DNA of 64,000 bases. Source: Octopus sinensis (Eukaryota). The notes under the pieces were generated by a model. The model saw nothing but the letters and a program-made list of their open reading frames with translations. It searched no databases and was not told the DNA's origin. The position numbers were made by a program, and so were the translations under genes. Location: assembly GCF_006345805.1 (NCBI RefSeq), contig NC_043001.1, positions 64,790,001 through 64,854,000 on the forward strand, read 5' to 3'. Every line of letters begins with the position of its first letter. Position 1 is the stretch's first letter. Shown piece after piece: positions 13,435-26,560 of this stretch.

Positions 13435-14290
13435 TCATCATCATCATCATCATCATTTAATGTTTGCCTTCCATGCTGACAGGAGCCTGCACTAGACTTC
13501 TGTGTCTGTTTTGACAGGGTTTTTACAGTTGGATGCCCTTCCTAACACCAACCACCCAGCAGAGTGGACTGAGTGGTTTTTGCATGGCACAAACTCAGGC
13601 ACGGTCAGTTTTGGCATAGTTTTTACACCTGGATGCCCTTCCAAATGCCAACCATTTTACAGTGTAGACTGGATGCTTTTTACGTGGGCTCAGCACTAGC
13701 AGGATCACCAAGTAACTTGCAAAACAAATATACTTTGAGAGGGGAGGTGGCATTGGAGGAGGTAACCTTATGTCAGATGATGAAAGGTTATAGTGAGACA
13801 GAGACAGAAACAGGTATCTTGCTGTAGAGGAGGTACATGGTCACCCAGCCAGAGAGAGGGAGAGAGAGAGAGAGAGATTGAGCGATCAAGAATGAGGACA
13901 GAAACAGGTGTGCTGCTGTAAAGGAGATACATGGCTATCCAGCCTGAGGGAAAAGCAGGAGAAGGAGAGAGCACAGGAGACAGCAAGAGTACAAGAGAGA
14001 GCAGGAGAGAGATGGTGGCAAAGTGCCAAGCATACTCACAAGGGACAAGGATCAGAATATAAATGAGATGGTTGAATAAAAGAAGGAAGAGATAGATGGT
14101 GGCAAGTGCCCTTGAAGCATTGCCAAAAATGTGTGAATAGAGAGTGGGATAGGGGAATGCAGTAAGTGGTAAAAACCTGAGTGTATAGGGGGGGCTACCA
14201 GATATCAATGATATAGTGAACAGGGCCATGAGGACAGATTTTGGGAGTGAGAGATAAGTAGAGTGCATGAAAGAGATGTGTATACTAACA
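13431..14290 (-). mobile_element. RTE-type tail plus associated interspersed repeat
   Basis: atcatcatttaatgtttgccttccatgctg tail and ggatgcccttcc blocks, followed by a purine-rich repeat with (GA)n. Confidence 0.5.
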
Positions 14291-14978
14291 AATATGATAC
14301 CAAAAAATTGTTAATAAAAAAGACAAATATAGAGATACGTGTGTGTGCATGCCTTTATATATGTTTTTATATTGCCAATACTTAAAAATTAGTGTTCTTT
14401 GGTTTATATCCAATAACTTGGTGGTTCAACAAATAACCAGCATGGTTGCAGTCCCATGATTAAAACAAGTATAAAAGTAAAAATAATGATAGAAACATGT
14501 TGTTTATTTGACGTTTGCCAAATGGAGTTTAATAGGAACCATTAATAGAGCTCAGAGAGAAGAAAGTGGGGAGATATGCATGTATAGCTAAAAGTTAGTA
14601 TTAATTATTAGCTTAGTACTTATCTGAATTCCCTCAGCCCTCAATGAGAGATGGGTGAGAGAGAGAGAGAGATGAAAAGAATTTTATACATTAACACTTA
14701 TCTTATCTGAACCCTAACAGTTGAGAGTGATGAAATTTAGTGATATGTGCATCAAAGATAGAGGTTTGTAGGCAGACACTAATGAATAAGATTCTAATAA
14801 ATATACTAAACCTAATTTGAGCAGATATTTTGAATACAGTTTGCTGTTTAAGGTGACTTACATTAGAGTAAAACTATTCTGTGATGTGACAAAAATAGTA
14901 GTGTCAAACAAAATTTCTTAATTTCTGCCAGAATTTTTCCTGGTCTTAGCCTACATAGGTTCATAAAATAATTAAATA

Positions 14979-15143
14979 GGCGTAGGAGTGGCTGTGTGGC
15001 AAATAGCTTGTTTGCCAACCACATGGTTCCGGGTTCAGTCCCACTGCGTGGCACCTTGGGCAAGTGTCTTCTACTATAGCCTCGGGATGACCAAAGCCTT
15101 GTGAGTGGATTTGGTAGACGGAAACTGAAAGAAGCCCGTCGTA

Positions 15144-15205
<62 letters not shown>

Positions 15206-15416
15206 TGTGTGTGTCTGTGTTTGTCCCCCTAGCATTGCTTGACAACCGATGCTGGTGTGTTTATGTCCCCGTTACTTAGCGGTTCGGCAAAAGAGACCGA
15301 TAGAATAAGTACTGGGCTTACAAAAGAATATGTCCCGGGGTCGAGTTGCTCGATTAAAAAAGGTGATGCTCCAGCATGGCCGCAGTCAAATGACTGAAAC
15401 AAGTAAAAGAGTAAAT
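14979..15416 (+). mobile_element. tRNA-derived SINE with internal (TA)n, full length
   Basis: Head ggcgtaggagtggctgtgtgg...gggttcagtccc (A/B-box-like), central (TA)n, and tail cagcatggccgcagtcaaatgactgaaacaagtaaaagag. The same family recurs at 23775, 44340, 44720, 53060, 54529 and 57190. Confidence 0.85.
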
Positions 15417-15840
15417 CATAAATAGAATAAAGATCATTTTAATTTTGATTCGAGGAATCTGTATTTATAGAATAACATACTTCTTTGTTTCTTTTGACAA
15501 ATAATAACTAGTTTTATGATAAATATTTCAAAATTCTTTATGATTATACAATATACACTATTTGTTTGCAAATTTTAGCAGGTCATAAACATGACATTAT
15601 GTAATAATGATATACCCAAAGTGTTAACTTTCTTACTTCTCTTTCTGTATGGCAGCAACATCAATGTGACAGATTCCAGTTTGACACAGAAAATGAAAAG
15701 CACGCTTAAACCACCAATCATTGCCAATATCTTCAATATGACTGTGTCCTTTGTGTTCAGTATCAGGAAATAGCTACTGGGGAACTGTCATTTGTGACCA
15801 AAGGAAAAAAATATTTTCAGTGGTCAAATGTTATTAGGAT

Positions 15841-15950
15841 GGAGGCACAATGGCCCAGTGGTTAGGGCAGCAGACTCACAGTTGGAGGATCGCGGTTTTG
15901 ATTCCCAGACCGGGTGTTGTGTGTGTTTATTGAGCGAAAACACCTAAAGC
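15841..15950 (+). mobile_element. Second tRNA-derived SINE family, head only
   Basis: ggaggcacaatggcccagtggttagggcagcagactc...ggttttgattcccag has A-box and B-box-like motifs and is truncated after aaagct. Confidence 0.7.
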
Positions 15951-17544
15951 TAAAGTTATTAGGATAGCTGAGTTCATCCAGCAGGTCCAGAACATTAACA
16001 ATGCCAGTCTTAGGGAAGTGCTGCACGAAGACATCAGATTCAGTCTTTACATGATGAAGACTAACAAAACCCAGGAGGGTTGTGGTGGGTTGCATGTGTA
16101 GGGTCCACCTAGCATACAGTCACTTTAGTGGCTGCATCTTATTTTAGTTATTTTAGTGGCAGCATATTTAGGGGTCAACATTGGGGCTGAGGGTGGTTTG
16201 TTGAACGATTTGTTTCTCTGGTATATCTAGCTAAATGGATCTGCCATTTTTGCGAGGGGAATATGTTGTTTTTCTGTTTGATGTCTTTGTTTTTCCTTGC
16301 GTTTATACCCCTTAAACAAGTCTGACTCAGACAAAACACTGCTCATCTAGTATGAGATATAGAATAGGTGATATAATGAGTTATATTTATACTCATTATG
16401 TTATTTAGGCATTCTTGTCTGAGCATGTGGTTAGCTTCAAGTTCACACTATTGAAAAGGCCAAAATGCATCTGACATTCTGACCAGAATGCCAGATGCAT
16501 TTGTTCCAGTAGTGGCTGGCAAGAATGCTCTCTAAGTAACAGGACAGCTTTCTGTCACTTATTTTATTTATTTAATTTACTATTGTAGCTTTAGGTTTTA
16601 AATACATTTATCTCATTTTATACCCTTACAAACTAGCAATTCCATACACAATATATGCATTAATTTCTATCCTCCCAACACCAATCAATGTCCAGTCTAC
16701 TCAATTCCAACTGCTGCATTTCATTTCGCTGGTTACCCACTACCAAAATCCATTTACTACTCAAGATATACTATGTTGCTTCAGCTGTACTTTCTGGCAA
16801 ATACTGAAGTTTCTCTCTAAATTACATTATGATATAAGAAATATTAAATTATTTATGTTCACATGAATGTTATATATTTTTTCCATAACAGTATTTTCTA
16901 TTTGATATTTTATGACTAACATTGATTAATACACTCCATATGCAGCTTAGAGATTAATGGCCAGTATAGTTCATAGGGGTTACTGAAAACCATACTGGCC
17001 TGAGAACATAATAAATGATGAAGATAAAAGACTAAAAAAAACTAACCAGGTTGTAAAAAAACAAAGTGTTTTAACTATTTTTTATAATCCTTTATTTTGC
17101 TATTTTTATTTTATTTTATTTCTCTTGACACATTTCATCTACTCTTTGGTAAAAGTCATCTTCAATTCCTACTTTAGGTTTTTTTTTATTTATTTAACTG
17201 TAACTATCACTTAACCATGATTAGTTTTTCTTTTCTGTTAATACTATGAACAACTCGAAGACAACCATGGCTCTGTTACTGATATTGTTGCTGATAGTAT
17301 TATTGCAATATTACTTATATGTTTGTGTTTGCATCTCCTGGAATCTGATAATGTAATTGGTGTGAAGTAATGTACATTGTATACCCAGAGTATTCAGTAA
17401 AATCCAACAGCAATTAATCATATTCCACCCAGTGAAGTGCCCACACACAGATGATGCTGAAAAATATTCAACTATGTTGTAATTATAAAGAATGACCTTT
17501 ACATTCCTGGCTTTATCTATCTTTATACTATACTGCTCTATAAC

Positions 17545-18750
17545 TTAGAATGTGCTTGGATTTATGATTTACCAACAAAACTAATCGCATTCCTTGAAGA
17601 AAATGACTTGCTGAGTGATACCCAGCATGGCTTTTGACCAGGTAGGAGCTGCCTGACCTAGCTTTTACAGCACTATGGCTGGGTGTTGAGGCAGTTACTC
17701 AACAACTCAAATGTGGATGTAATATACCTTTATTTTGCAAAAACTTTTGATAAAGTGGATCATTGTATGATATGCCATAAACTGTGTGATCTTGATATAG
17801 CTGGAAAACTAGGGAAGTGGTTACATGACTTTCTGAAAGATAGAAGTTAAGCAGTAGTGGCCAATGGAGCCACCTCAATGAAAACACAAATAGTGAGTGG
17901 TGTTCCACAAGGCACTGTCTTGGGACTACCGCTTTTCATTGTGGCCCTCTCAGATATGCCCTCAACTGCCTGGATAACCACTCTTGCTAGCTACGCAGAC
18001 GATACAAGAGTCTCGCAGAAAATACAGAACCACAGTGATGTTGCACACCTGCAGCAGGAGTTGGACTCAATTTACAGATGGGCCGAGGATAATAATATGC
18101 TGTTTAATGCTGAAAAATTCCAAGCCCTGTGTGTCCAAAACTGAATATAAAACTTACAGGGTACACTGGTCTACAGTGGATTACAATCCCAGAGCCTAAA
18201 TCAGTAAAGGACCTGAGATTTGACATGAGTGATGATACCTCTTTCCAAGTGTACATTACCAGGATGGTGACAAAGTGCAGATGATTGGCTGGATGAATTC
18301 TGAGAATGTTCGGAACCAAAGAAAAGGAAACCATGATGGTCCTCTGGAGAACATTCATCCCCAGCCACCTGGATTACTGCTTCCAGCTATGGTCACCCAA
18401 CAGTGTAAAATTAACAGCGGACCTTGAAGCAATCCAGCAAAGCTTCACAAAGAGGATCATCTCATTGCAACAGCTCAGCTACTGGAACAGCCTGGGTTTC
18501 AGAGGCCCACAGCTTCTTAATATTCTTCCAAAGAGCCTGAGGGACCTACACAAAGTGGATGTAGGTATTTTCAAATCAAAACTGGACCTCTTCTTGTCAA
18601 GAGTCTTAGACAAACCTACCTCATGGCAAGAGGTGCAAATGAGGGTAGCAACATCAAACTCTATTCTTCACCAAGTGCCACATATTAGAGGAGGCTCTCA
18701 GTAATGACAGTGTAGCAAAATGGTGGTGCCCCAGCATGGCCACAGCTCGG
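17545..18750 (+). mobile_element. CR1/L2-group LINE RT fragment
   Basis: ORF 17857-18144 SGVPQGTVLGLPLF...YADDTRV...WAEDNNMLFNAEKF. ORF 18306-18704 HLDYCFQLWSP. Confidence 0.85.
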
Positions 18751-19290
18751 ATATAAAACTTCAAACAGATATATATATATATATATATATATGGAGAGAG
18801 AGAGAGAATATTTGATTCCAAACTAGGGTGAAATTACATATGAATTATATGTGTATATACTGCAGACACTCACACATGCATGCATATATTGTATAATTTG
18901 GGTAAAAACCTTGTAGCATGCATTTAGAGCCCTTATGTTGTTATTTGGCTTTCACATGTTATCTTACAGTAGGCTATATTTCTGGGCTGGATACATATAT
19001 GACACTCCTCTTTGCATAAGAATAATACAAAAATAATATAACATGAGGATGGAGGATGTACCACTTTAATAGTAGGTAACAATATTTGTTTCTGCACCGT
19101 ACAGCAGCTTTAAGTTGCTAAGTTTATATTCATGTACCATTATAAAAGGTCATCCTTTATAATTACTACATAGTTGAACATTTTTCGGAATTAATCTCAT
19201 AAACGATTTTTTCCTTGATTTCAGCACATCGTATTTCTGTAGTGGGTATAATAATATGTGGAAAGTGACGATTTAAAAGTCTGTTATCAG

Positions 19291-20310
19291 ACAACGACCA
19301 CACTGCTAGAAATAGCAGCCACGTCATGCACACAAATTGCTGAAGTACAGCCAACAGCGGGAGAAAACAACAACAACAACAACAACCAGGAGTGGGTCAC
19401 CGTGGAACCTTCAAAAAGAAGACAGAAACAAAAAAACCCACCCTCTTCAGATACACAGGACTATGCTCCGAGAGAGACAAGCACACCCACACCCACAAAT
19501 ACAGCCGCAAACACACACGTAGCCAAATAAAACACACACACTGGAAAAAGCACACACAAACACACAGACACATACCACAAGCACACACTCACCTACAAGC
19601 ACACACACCCCTCCACAATCGCCTAATATAAAAAAGTGAAACACCTTCATGGTGATAAACAAAAATAATAAACACTTAAGAGACCAAATTGGTTTAATGA
19701 AATCGACAAAAAAATATATCGCAACAGATTTAAATAGTATAATTCTTGAAAATGTTGAGTTTTATACCATAGACAACACTGACTATTTCGAACTAAAAAA
19801 ATCTTTTGTGGAGGATGTCGGCCCATTACAGATGAACTTTTTGAGACATCTGTACCGGCAATTCGCAAAAAAAATGACCTCGCAAACCACAACACTTACA
19901 GACAGAAAAGAGGAGGGTGAAACTACACCCTCTCTCCCGTTCAAACAGTAAGTTTTAAACATTCGACTAATTTTTCACGTTCTCGTTTAAACTCGGTTGT
20001 TTAAATATTCGCAGCCTGGGGTCAGATTGGAAGCAAGGCTACCTCCTTAACAACCTTGGGTCACATCGTTTGAACGGCTACAAGAAATATGTTTCTCCCT
20101 GTCAACTGGGAGGGGGCGGAGGAGTGCTGGCCAGAAAAAACCTGGATTTAGAGATTAGAACTGTCTTTAGAGAACCGAAAGGCAGGCTGGTCATTTTGGA
20201 TGTAACGCACTGCAGTGGTAAAAGTGTTCAGGTTGGTTGTTGTTTATGCTCCCTGCGAAGGAAAAGCCGGGTAGAAAGATTACTTCAAAAGCCTAGAGAA
20301 TTTTCTCAGC
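19291..20310 (+). mobile_element. Tx1/L1-type LINE fragment (ORF1 end and APE endonuclease start)
   Basis: KLGCLNIRSLGSDWKQGYLL (APE N-terminus) and GGGGVLARKNLDLEIRTVFREPKGRLVILDV. Preceded by a low-complexity ORF1-like segment. Confidence 0.75.
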
Positions 20311-20727
20311 ATGTTGAACCTATGTGGTTCCACATAAAAATGCCTGTGCAATGCCATGTAAAAGAACTCATGTGGCACCATGTAAAAGCATCCCTGCAGT
20401 GCCACGTAAGAGCCCCCAGCACACTCTGTAAAGTGATCTGCATTAGGAAGGGAATCCAGCCATAGAAACTATGCTAAATCAGACTGGAGTCTGGTGCAGC
20501 CTTCCAGCTCTGATCAAATCATCCAACCCATGCCAGCATGGACAATGGACGTTAAATGATGATGGTGATGATGATAAGGATAATGATGATCATGATCATG
20601 ATAGTTCCCTGAGATATGGAATTAGGGTTAGGGTTAGGGTTATTTCCAAGGTTCCCTAAGAGAAATGTTTGTCTAATCAATTGCAGTTATTCTTCATTAT
20701 AGAAGAGTATAAGTTCGTAGATAAAAG

Positions 20728-21005
20728 CAGTGCTTCTCAAAGTGGTGGTTTGCAAAATGGTGCCAGTCCACAAGCCATCAGCTGCCGGTGTGCAGCGAGT
20801 TTCCAGAAAAGAAAGAAACATAAAATGCTTATGTAATATTGTATTATTTGTTTACAAAATAAATATAAAATTGTTGACTTTTATTATATTCATTATATAT
20901 ATATTGTTTCTGGTATAAATTAATATTACTAGGAAATATTACTGGTCCCTGGCACATTGGAAAAAAACTGCCAGTACACCACATCAGATAATTTGAGAAG
21001 CACTG
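20728..21005. mobile_element. hAT (Charlie-type) MITE
   Basis: TIRs cagtgcttctcaaa and tttgagaagcactg. The 8-bp flanks (gataaaag / atctaaag) match only partly. Confidence 0.75.
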
Positions 21006-22114
21006 ATCTAAAGTATTCATATAAATTGAAGTTATTCAAAGTTATTGAGGAAGAGAAAGATCTAGGTGCAATCCTCAATAAGGATTTAAAGATCCGCCAA
21101 ACATTACAGTGATTGTCAAGAAAGCTTACAATAATACAATGACTCTTAATGATTGACAAAATACTTTTTCTCATATTCACTAAGACCATGATTCAATATG
21201 TTATCTTCACCAGGGGAACACTATTAAGCAAATTCTCAAATTCTATCATCCCAAACTTAAGGCACTTGATTTAGGCTTTACTGTTTCTAAGACCTTTAAA
21301 GCGGGGTGTGATAAATATAAATGAACTAGTAGTAAATTGTCACCAACAAACACTGTTATACTTGTGGAACAGGATTCATATATATTAGATTAATCATCAA
21401 AGAAGATTGTTACTGAATGAACTCATTACAAATCAGAAATATTTGAAATATTTATCTTTTCTATTATCAATTTCAGGCTGATGAAATGAAATTAGAAACT
21501 AAGGAAAAGAATGATGATCCAGTACCAAAATGGAAAAAAGCAAGCTTAGCTGTTAAATCTATCATTGTGTAATTTGTTGAGCATTGTATATTATTATTGT
21601 TGTTGTTGCTGTTGTAGTAGGCCAATGAGCTGGAAGAATCACTGGAATGTCAGAAAAAATGCATTCCAAGATCTCTTTTGGTACTTTACATTATGAATTC
21701 ATATCCTACCTTTCAGAACTGATAAAATAAAGTACTAGAGTTAACATAATTGATTCAAAACTGTTGGACTTCTACCTAAATTATAAATAAGTATTATTGC
21801 TATCATCAACATTATTTGCATTTTCTTAATATGGAATTTTCCTCTTCTGTTGCAGTTTTTTATGTTTATATTCATATTCTCTTATTGTACCAGTTATTTG
21901 AGTTTTATAATCATCTTTGGAATTGTCAATGTTGTTGAATAAATACATATATTGAAAGTTTTTGTTGAGTTTAATAGCTATCTCTTACTCTTGCTAAAGG
22001 TCAACTTACTTATTCTTTGAATATGTTGATGTCATCTCTATTTCTGGTTTCTAGTAAAAATTTAATCTTACAACAGAAGTGCATTTCTTTCTACTTATAT
22101 AGTAGCAATAATAA

Positions 22115-22330
22115 GGATTTCAAATTTTGACACAAGACCAACAATTTCAGAGGCGGAGATAAGTCAATTACATCGACCCCAGTACTCAACCGGTACTTAA
22201 TTTATCAACTCTGAAAGGATGAAAGGCAAAGTCGACCTGGGTGGAATTTGAACCCAGAACATAGCGACAGGTAAAATACTGCTAAGCATTTCACCCAGCA
22301 TACTAACAATTCTTCCAGCTTGCCACCTTA
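22115..22330 (-). mobile_element. Nin/Deu-domain tRNA SINE
   Basis: The minus strand reads gggttcaaattccacccaggtcgactttgcctttcatcc...ttgataaattaagtaccggttgagtactggggtcg, i.e. a B-box followed by a Deu/Nin-like core. Confidence 0.7.
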
Positions 22331-22559
22331 GAAGTAGTAATAATAACGATAATCAATTTTATTGGCATGTGATCAATATTACTGCTATATTACTGATGAG
22401 ATTTGAACTCAGAGCATAAAAATACATAACAGTACCACAAGACATTTTGACTGGTACTTCACCAATCCTCCATCTACTGCCCTAAATTCCACCATTCATC
22501 ACTCATTCAATGATAATAAATTGCAATATTCTTAGTGTGTCTGCACTGGATTGCTTTGA

Positions 22560-23400
22560 CACTTGTGGCAGCCATATTGAGAGTGATAGTCTAGACATCT
22601 GAGAAAAAAATGTTCTCTAAAGGATCCACATGTGCATATTCCTGAGATGGGGACCTTGTACATGTGATTGGATGTACAATCACATGTCCAATGTAATTTT
22701 GACCCTATGGACCCAATTGGCCGAAGATCTAGTTTTACTAGATTTCTTGACAATAGCCTGTTCCAGGCACCCTGTGATCATTGATGGATGCTCCCCCCCC
22801 CCCAAGTGTCACCTGTGCCTGGAATCAGGGCACATGAAGAAGAACTATTGCTGGGACCAGGCAAAGGTCCTGGACCAGTTGATTGATAACTGTTAACCCC
22901 CTGTTCCTCCAACAACGCCTCCTGCTCCTTCATTGGAGGGAGAGAGGGAGAAAGTCGAGAAGGAGGTAACCTCCTTGAGAAAAGGTACTAAGGGAAAGAA
23001 GGTAGGAAACAATGGTTGCCTACTGATGGACTCTGAGGTGGCAGGAGGGGAGGAGGGACCTCCGGACATGTTGAAGGAACTCCACCCTCCCGTTGCAAAG
23101 GGGAAAAGAAAGAAGAAAAAGAAAAATGGAGCATTGCCGGCGATGGCATGTCCAAAATCCCTTCAGTGGGATGTGTGCCACTGGAGGGGGAGAAGAAGGA
23201 AACCTTATCAGTGGGATGTGTGCCACTGAGCAAGGTAGTTGAGGTCCCTCTCAATGAAAGTGATGGGGAATTTGTATTCCTCTATCACAGGGAGTATGTG
23301 GAAAATAATCTTGATAGTCAGGTTCTGATGGACCTGATTTTTATTGACAGTCCAGAGTGGCCTTCACAGGTGGCTGCACTAGTACTGTAAAGAAAAGAAT
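22560..23400 (+). mobile_element. Degenerate gag-like ORF1 of a Tx1/L1-type LINE
   Basis: CHLCLESGHMKKNYC zinc-knuckle remnant followed by a Lys-rich stretch (KGKRKKKKK). Confidence 0.55.
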
Positions 23401-23774
23401 TTTTGCACAGGTCAAGATCCTTCCCAAAGGAGAAATACAGATTACTTTTTTTTGGCTCCGATTGGTGGTTGCAGGAATACCTGCAGGCCACAAAAGAGTT
23501 AATTGGGGAGTAATGTATGAGATTTATCACCTACATATGTATGCGTATAAATTTTGTTTCCTTTGGGATGGACTTATAGTCCAACGTTTTGTATTTATTT
23601 GTAAGAGGTTTAATACCTCTATATATGTTGTTTTTAACGAACAATGTTTTAGAGAAGCAGAGGGTCGGCGGGCGCTTTCTGTCTTCTCCCATCTTTATCA
23701 TCTTGTATTATTATCATCCAGCCCGCAAAGCTACATATCTGTGTACTGCCTTTATGGCAAATGATATAAAATAA

Positions 23775-24155
23775 AGTAGCTTGCTTACCAACATAGTTCT
23801 GGGTTCAGTCCCACTGCATGGCACCTTGGGCAAGTGTCTCCTACAATAGCCTTGAGCCGAACAAAGCCTTGTGAGTGGATTTGGTTGACTGAAACTGAAA
23901 GAAGCCTGTCATATATATATATATGTATGTGTGTATTTGTATGTTTTTGTGTGTCTGTGTTCATCCCCCCAGCATCATTTGACAACCGACGTTGGTGTGT
24001 TTACCTCCCCGTAACTTTGTGGTTCAGCAAAAGACACTGAGAGAATAAGTACTATGCTTACAAAGAATAGGTCCTGGAGTCAATTTGCTCAACTAAAGGT
24101 GGTGCTCCAGCATGGCTGCAGTCAAATGACTGATACAAGTAAAAGAATAAAAGAA
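23775..24155 (+). mobile_element. tRNA SINE (family of 14979), slightly 5'-truncated
   Basis: Colinear with 14990-15416. Confidence 0.85.
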
Positions 24156-25059
24156 TATGCTCCACAATCCAGGCTGGCAGGTGGACAAAAGAACCAATTT
24201 GACAATATGGGGGTCCATTTGCTAATGACATGATGCTCATCAAGTGGACTACAAGGCCTGCTCAACAAGTGCTCAGAGTTCTGCCAGGAGATAGTACTTG
24301 CAATTAATGTCTCGAAATGCACCTGGTTCTCATACATATGAGCCACAATCAACCCATGTTTGACTTGAGTGTGTGTCACAGTGCATAAGTAATACCGTTT
24401 TACAGCCTAATGCAGTCTATGCCTGACTGGGGAGCACTCAAGAGATTTGACACAGTCATTTGCATGGAGACCTGTAGGATGCTGAATCTTCAGGAGCTGG
24501 TGTCAATGCATTTCCTGTACTGTAGCAGGACAATACCCCAAAATGAGATTCAGACAAATATTTTTACTTCAGTGGTGTTTGGTAAATATAATATTCACAG
24601 CTATAAGCAAGTGTATTCTAACACATCACTTTTCAATCAAACAACAATGAATTAAAAATTGAAACACTACTCTTGAATTGTAATAAAATTAGCCAAAACA
24701 AAAACTGAATTTTTTTATTTAAAAATTTTAGAATGATTCATTGAATACTTTCATGAATGTTAGAAACTTTTTCTTCACTTGTTTTGAGATAAATATTTTT
24801 ACTCCAGTGAAATATTTTTACTTCAGTTAAATGTTTTGAATTTGGCATTTCATTCCAAAACATTCAAAGAATTTGCCAAATATTTTCAACTTTTTGCATG
24901 CTTTCTGTCCACATCTTACTGTAACAGGCATAACGCTGAGTCCTTCTTCACAGTCAAATGGCTGGACAAATGGCCACAATGTTTTTTTGGATTACAAAGG
25001 AAGTAATCAGGAAGGTTTTTAGTGGAAAAAATGTGAAAAAGTATGATTATTTAGTGGAT

Positions 25060-26190
25060 ATTGAGTTTTTTGTAGTGTTAGTGTGCACATACGACAGAGT
25101 CTAAGCACCCTAAGAGAAATGTTGGACATAAGAAGCATCAGATGTGGCATGCAAAAGAGATGTCTGCACTGGTATGGTCATGTACTACAGATGGATGAGG
25201 AGAGCTGTGTGAAGAAGTGCCACTCCCAAACAGTGGAAGGAGCCCATGGTAGAGGGAGACCCAGGAAGACATGGGATGAGGTGGTGAATGAAGCATGACC
25301 TTCAAATGTTGGGCCTCACAGTGGCAATGACAAAAGACCAAGACCTCTGGAGATATGCTGTGACTGAGAAGACCCAGCAAATAAAGTGAGATCGCAACTG
25401 TAGCCTACACCAGTGTCGCATAACCAGCCCACTCAAAAAGTACCTTTGGATCGAAGGGTGACATACCATGCTTGAGGAGACCTATTGAGTCAAGTAATTT
25501 TTTTTGATCTTCTAAAAATTCTGGCAACAAAGATAAACTCTGGATTCCACCCCCGCTGTATTGTTTGTGACTTTAGAAAGTTTAGATTTGTGATACTCTC
25601 GCTCTGTTTCCCATTGTAGATGGACAGATTTGGGCGTCTGTCCATCTGTCTGTCTTTTTGTCTGTTCCCTCTTCAAGGCCAGATGGCTGGACCAATGGTT
25701 ACGATATTTTTCAGGATTACATCAACATCAATATCAAATCAAACCACAATCAAATGAAAATTGTACCGCCTGTCTGGCTCCCTGTGCCAGTGTCACATAA
25801 AAAGCACCATCCAAATGTGGTCAATGCCAGCCTCCTAACCCTGACTGGCTCCTGTGCTGGTGGCATGTAAAAAGCACCATCTGAACATGGCTGATGCCAG
25901 CACCACCTTGACTGGCTCCCATGCCAGTGGTATATAAAAGCACCATCCAAACACGGTTGATGCCAGCCCCCTCTGGCTCCCATGCCAGTGGCACATAAAA
26001 AGCACCCGCTACACTCTCAGAGGGTTGGTGTTAGGAAGGGCATCCAGCTGTAGAAACACTGCCAGATCAGAGTGGAGCCTCATGCAGCCTCCTGGCTTCT
26101 CAGATCCCAGTCAAACTGTCCAACCCACGCCAGCATGGAAAATGGATGTTAAACAATGATGTTGATGATGAAATTTCATCAGCATCATCA
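25060..26190 (+). mobile_element. RTE LINE 3' end, interrupted by a 215-bp insertion
   Basis: ORF 25083-25298 RCLHWYGHVLQMDEESCVKKC...RGRPRKTWDEVV, then subrepeats ggcatgtaaaaagcaccat and a (GAT)n tail. Confidence 0.75.
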
Positions 26191-26560
26191 ACATCATCAT
26201 CTTCTAAAAATTCTGGCAACAAAGATAAACTCTGGATTCCACCCCTGCTGTATTGTTTGTGACTTTAGAAAGTTTAGATTTGTGATACTCTTGCTCTGTT
26301 TCCCATCGTAGATGGACAGATTTGGGCGTCTGTCCATCTGTCTGTCTTTTTGTCTGTTCCCTCTTCAAGGCCAGATGGCTGGACCAATGGTTACGATATT
26401 TTTTAGGATTACAAAGACAGCCATCAGGAAGGTTTTTAGCATTAAAATATCAGAAAGGATGATTATTTCATGGATATCAATTTTTGAACTGATAAACCAC
26501 CTACACATTTTTATTAAGAATTCACCAACCACAAGTAACTCTGGATTTTCATCATATCTC

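Noticed and set aside
13768-14268. 166-aa hydrophobic ORF as a membrane protein
   Set aside because: The composition comes from a pyrimidine-rich repeat strand with (CT)n, and it runs into an RTE tail.
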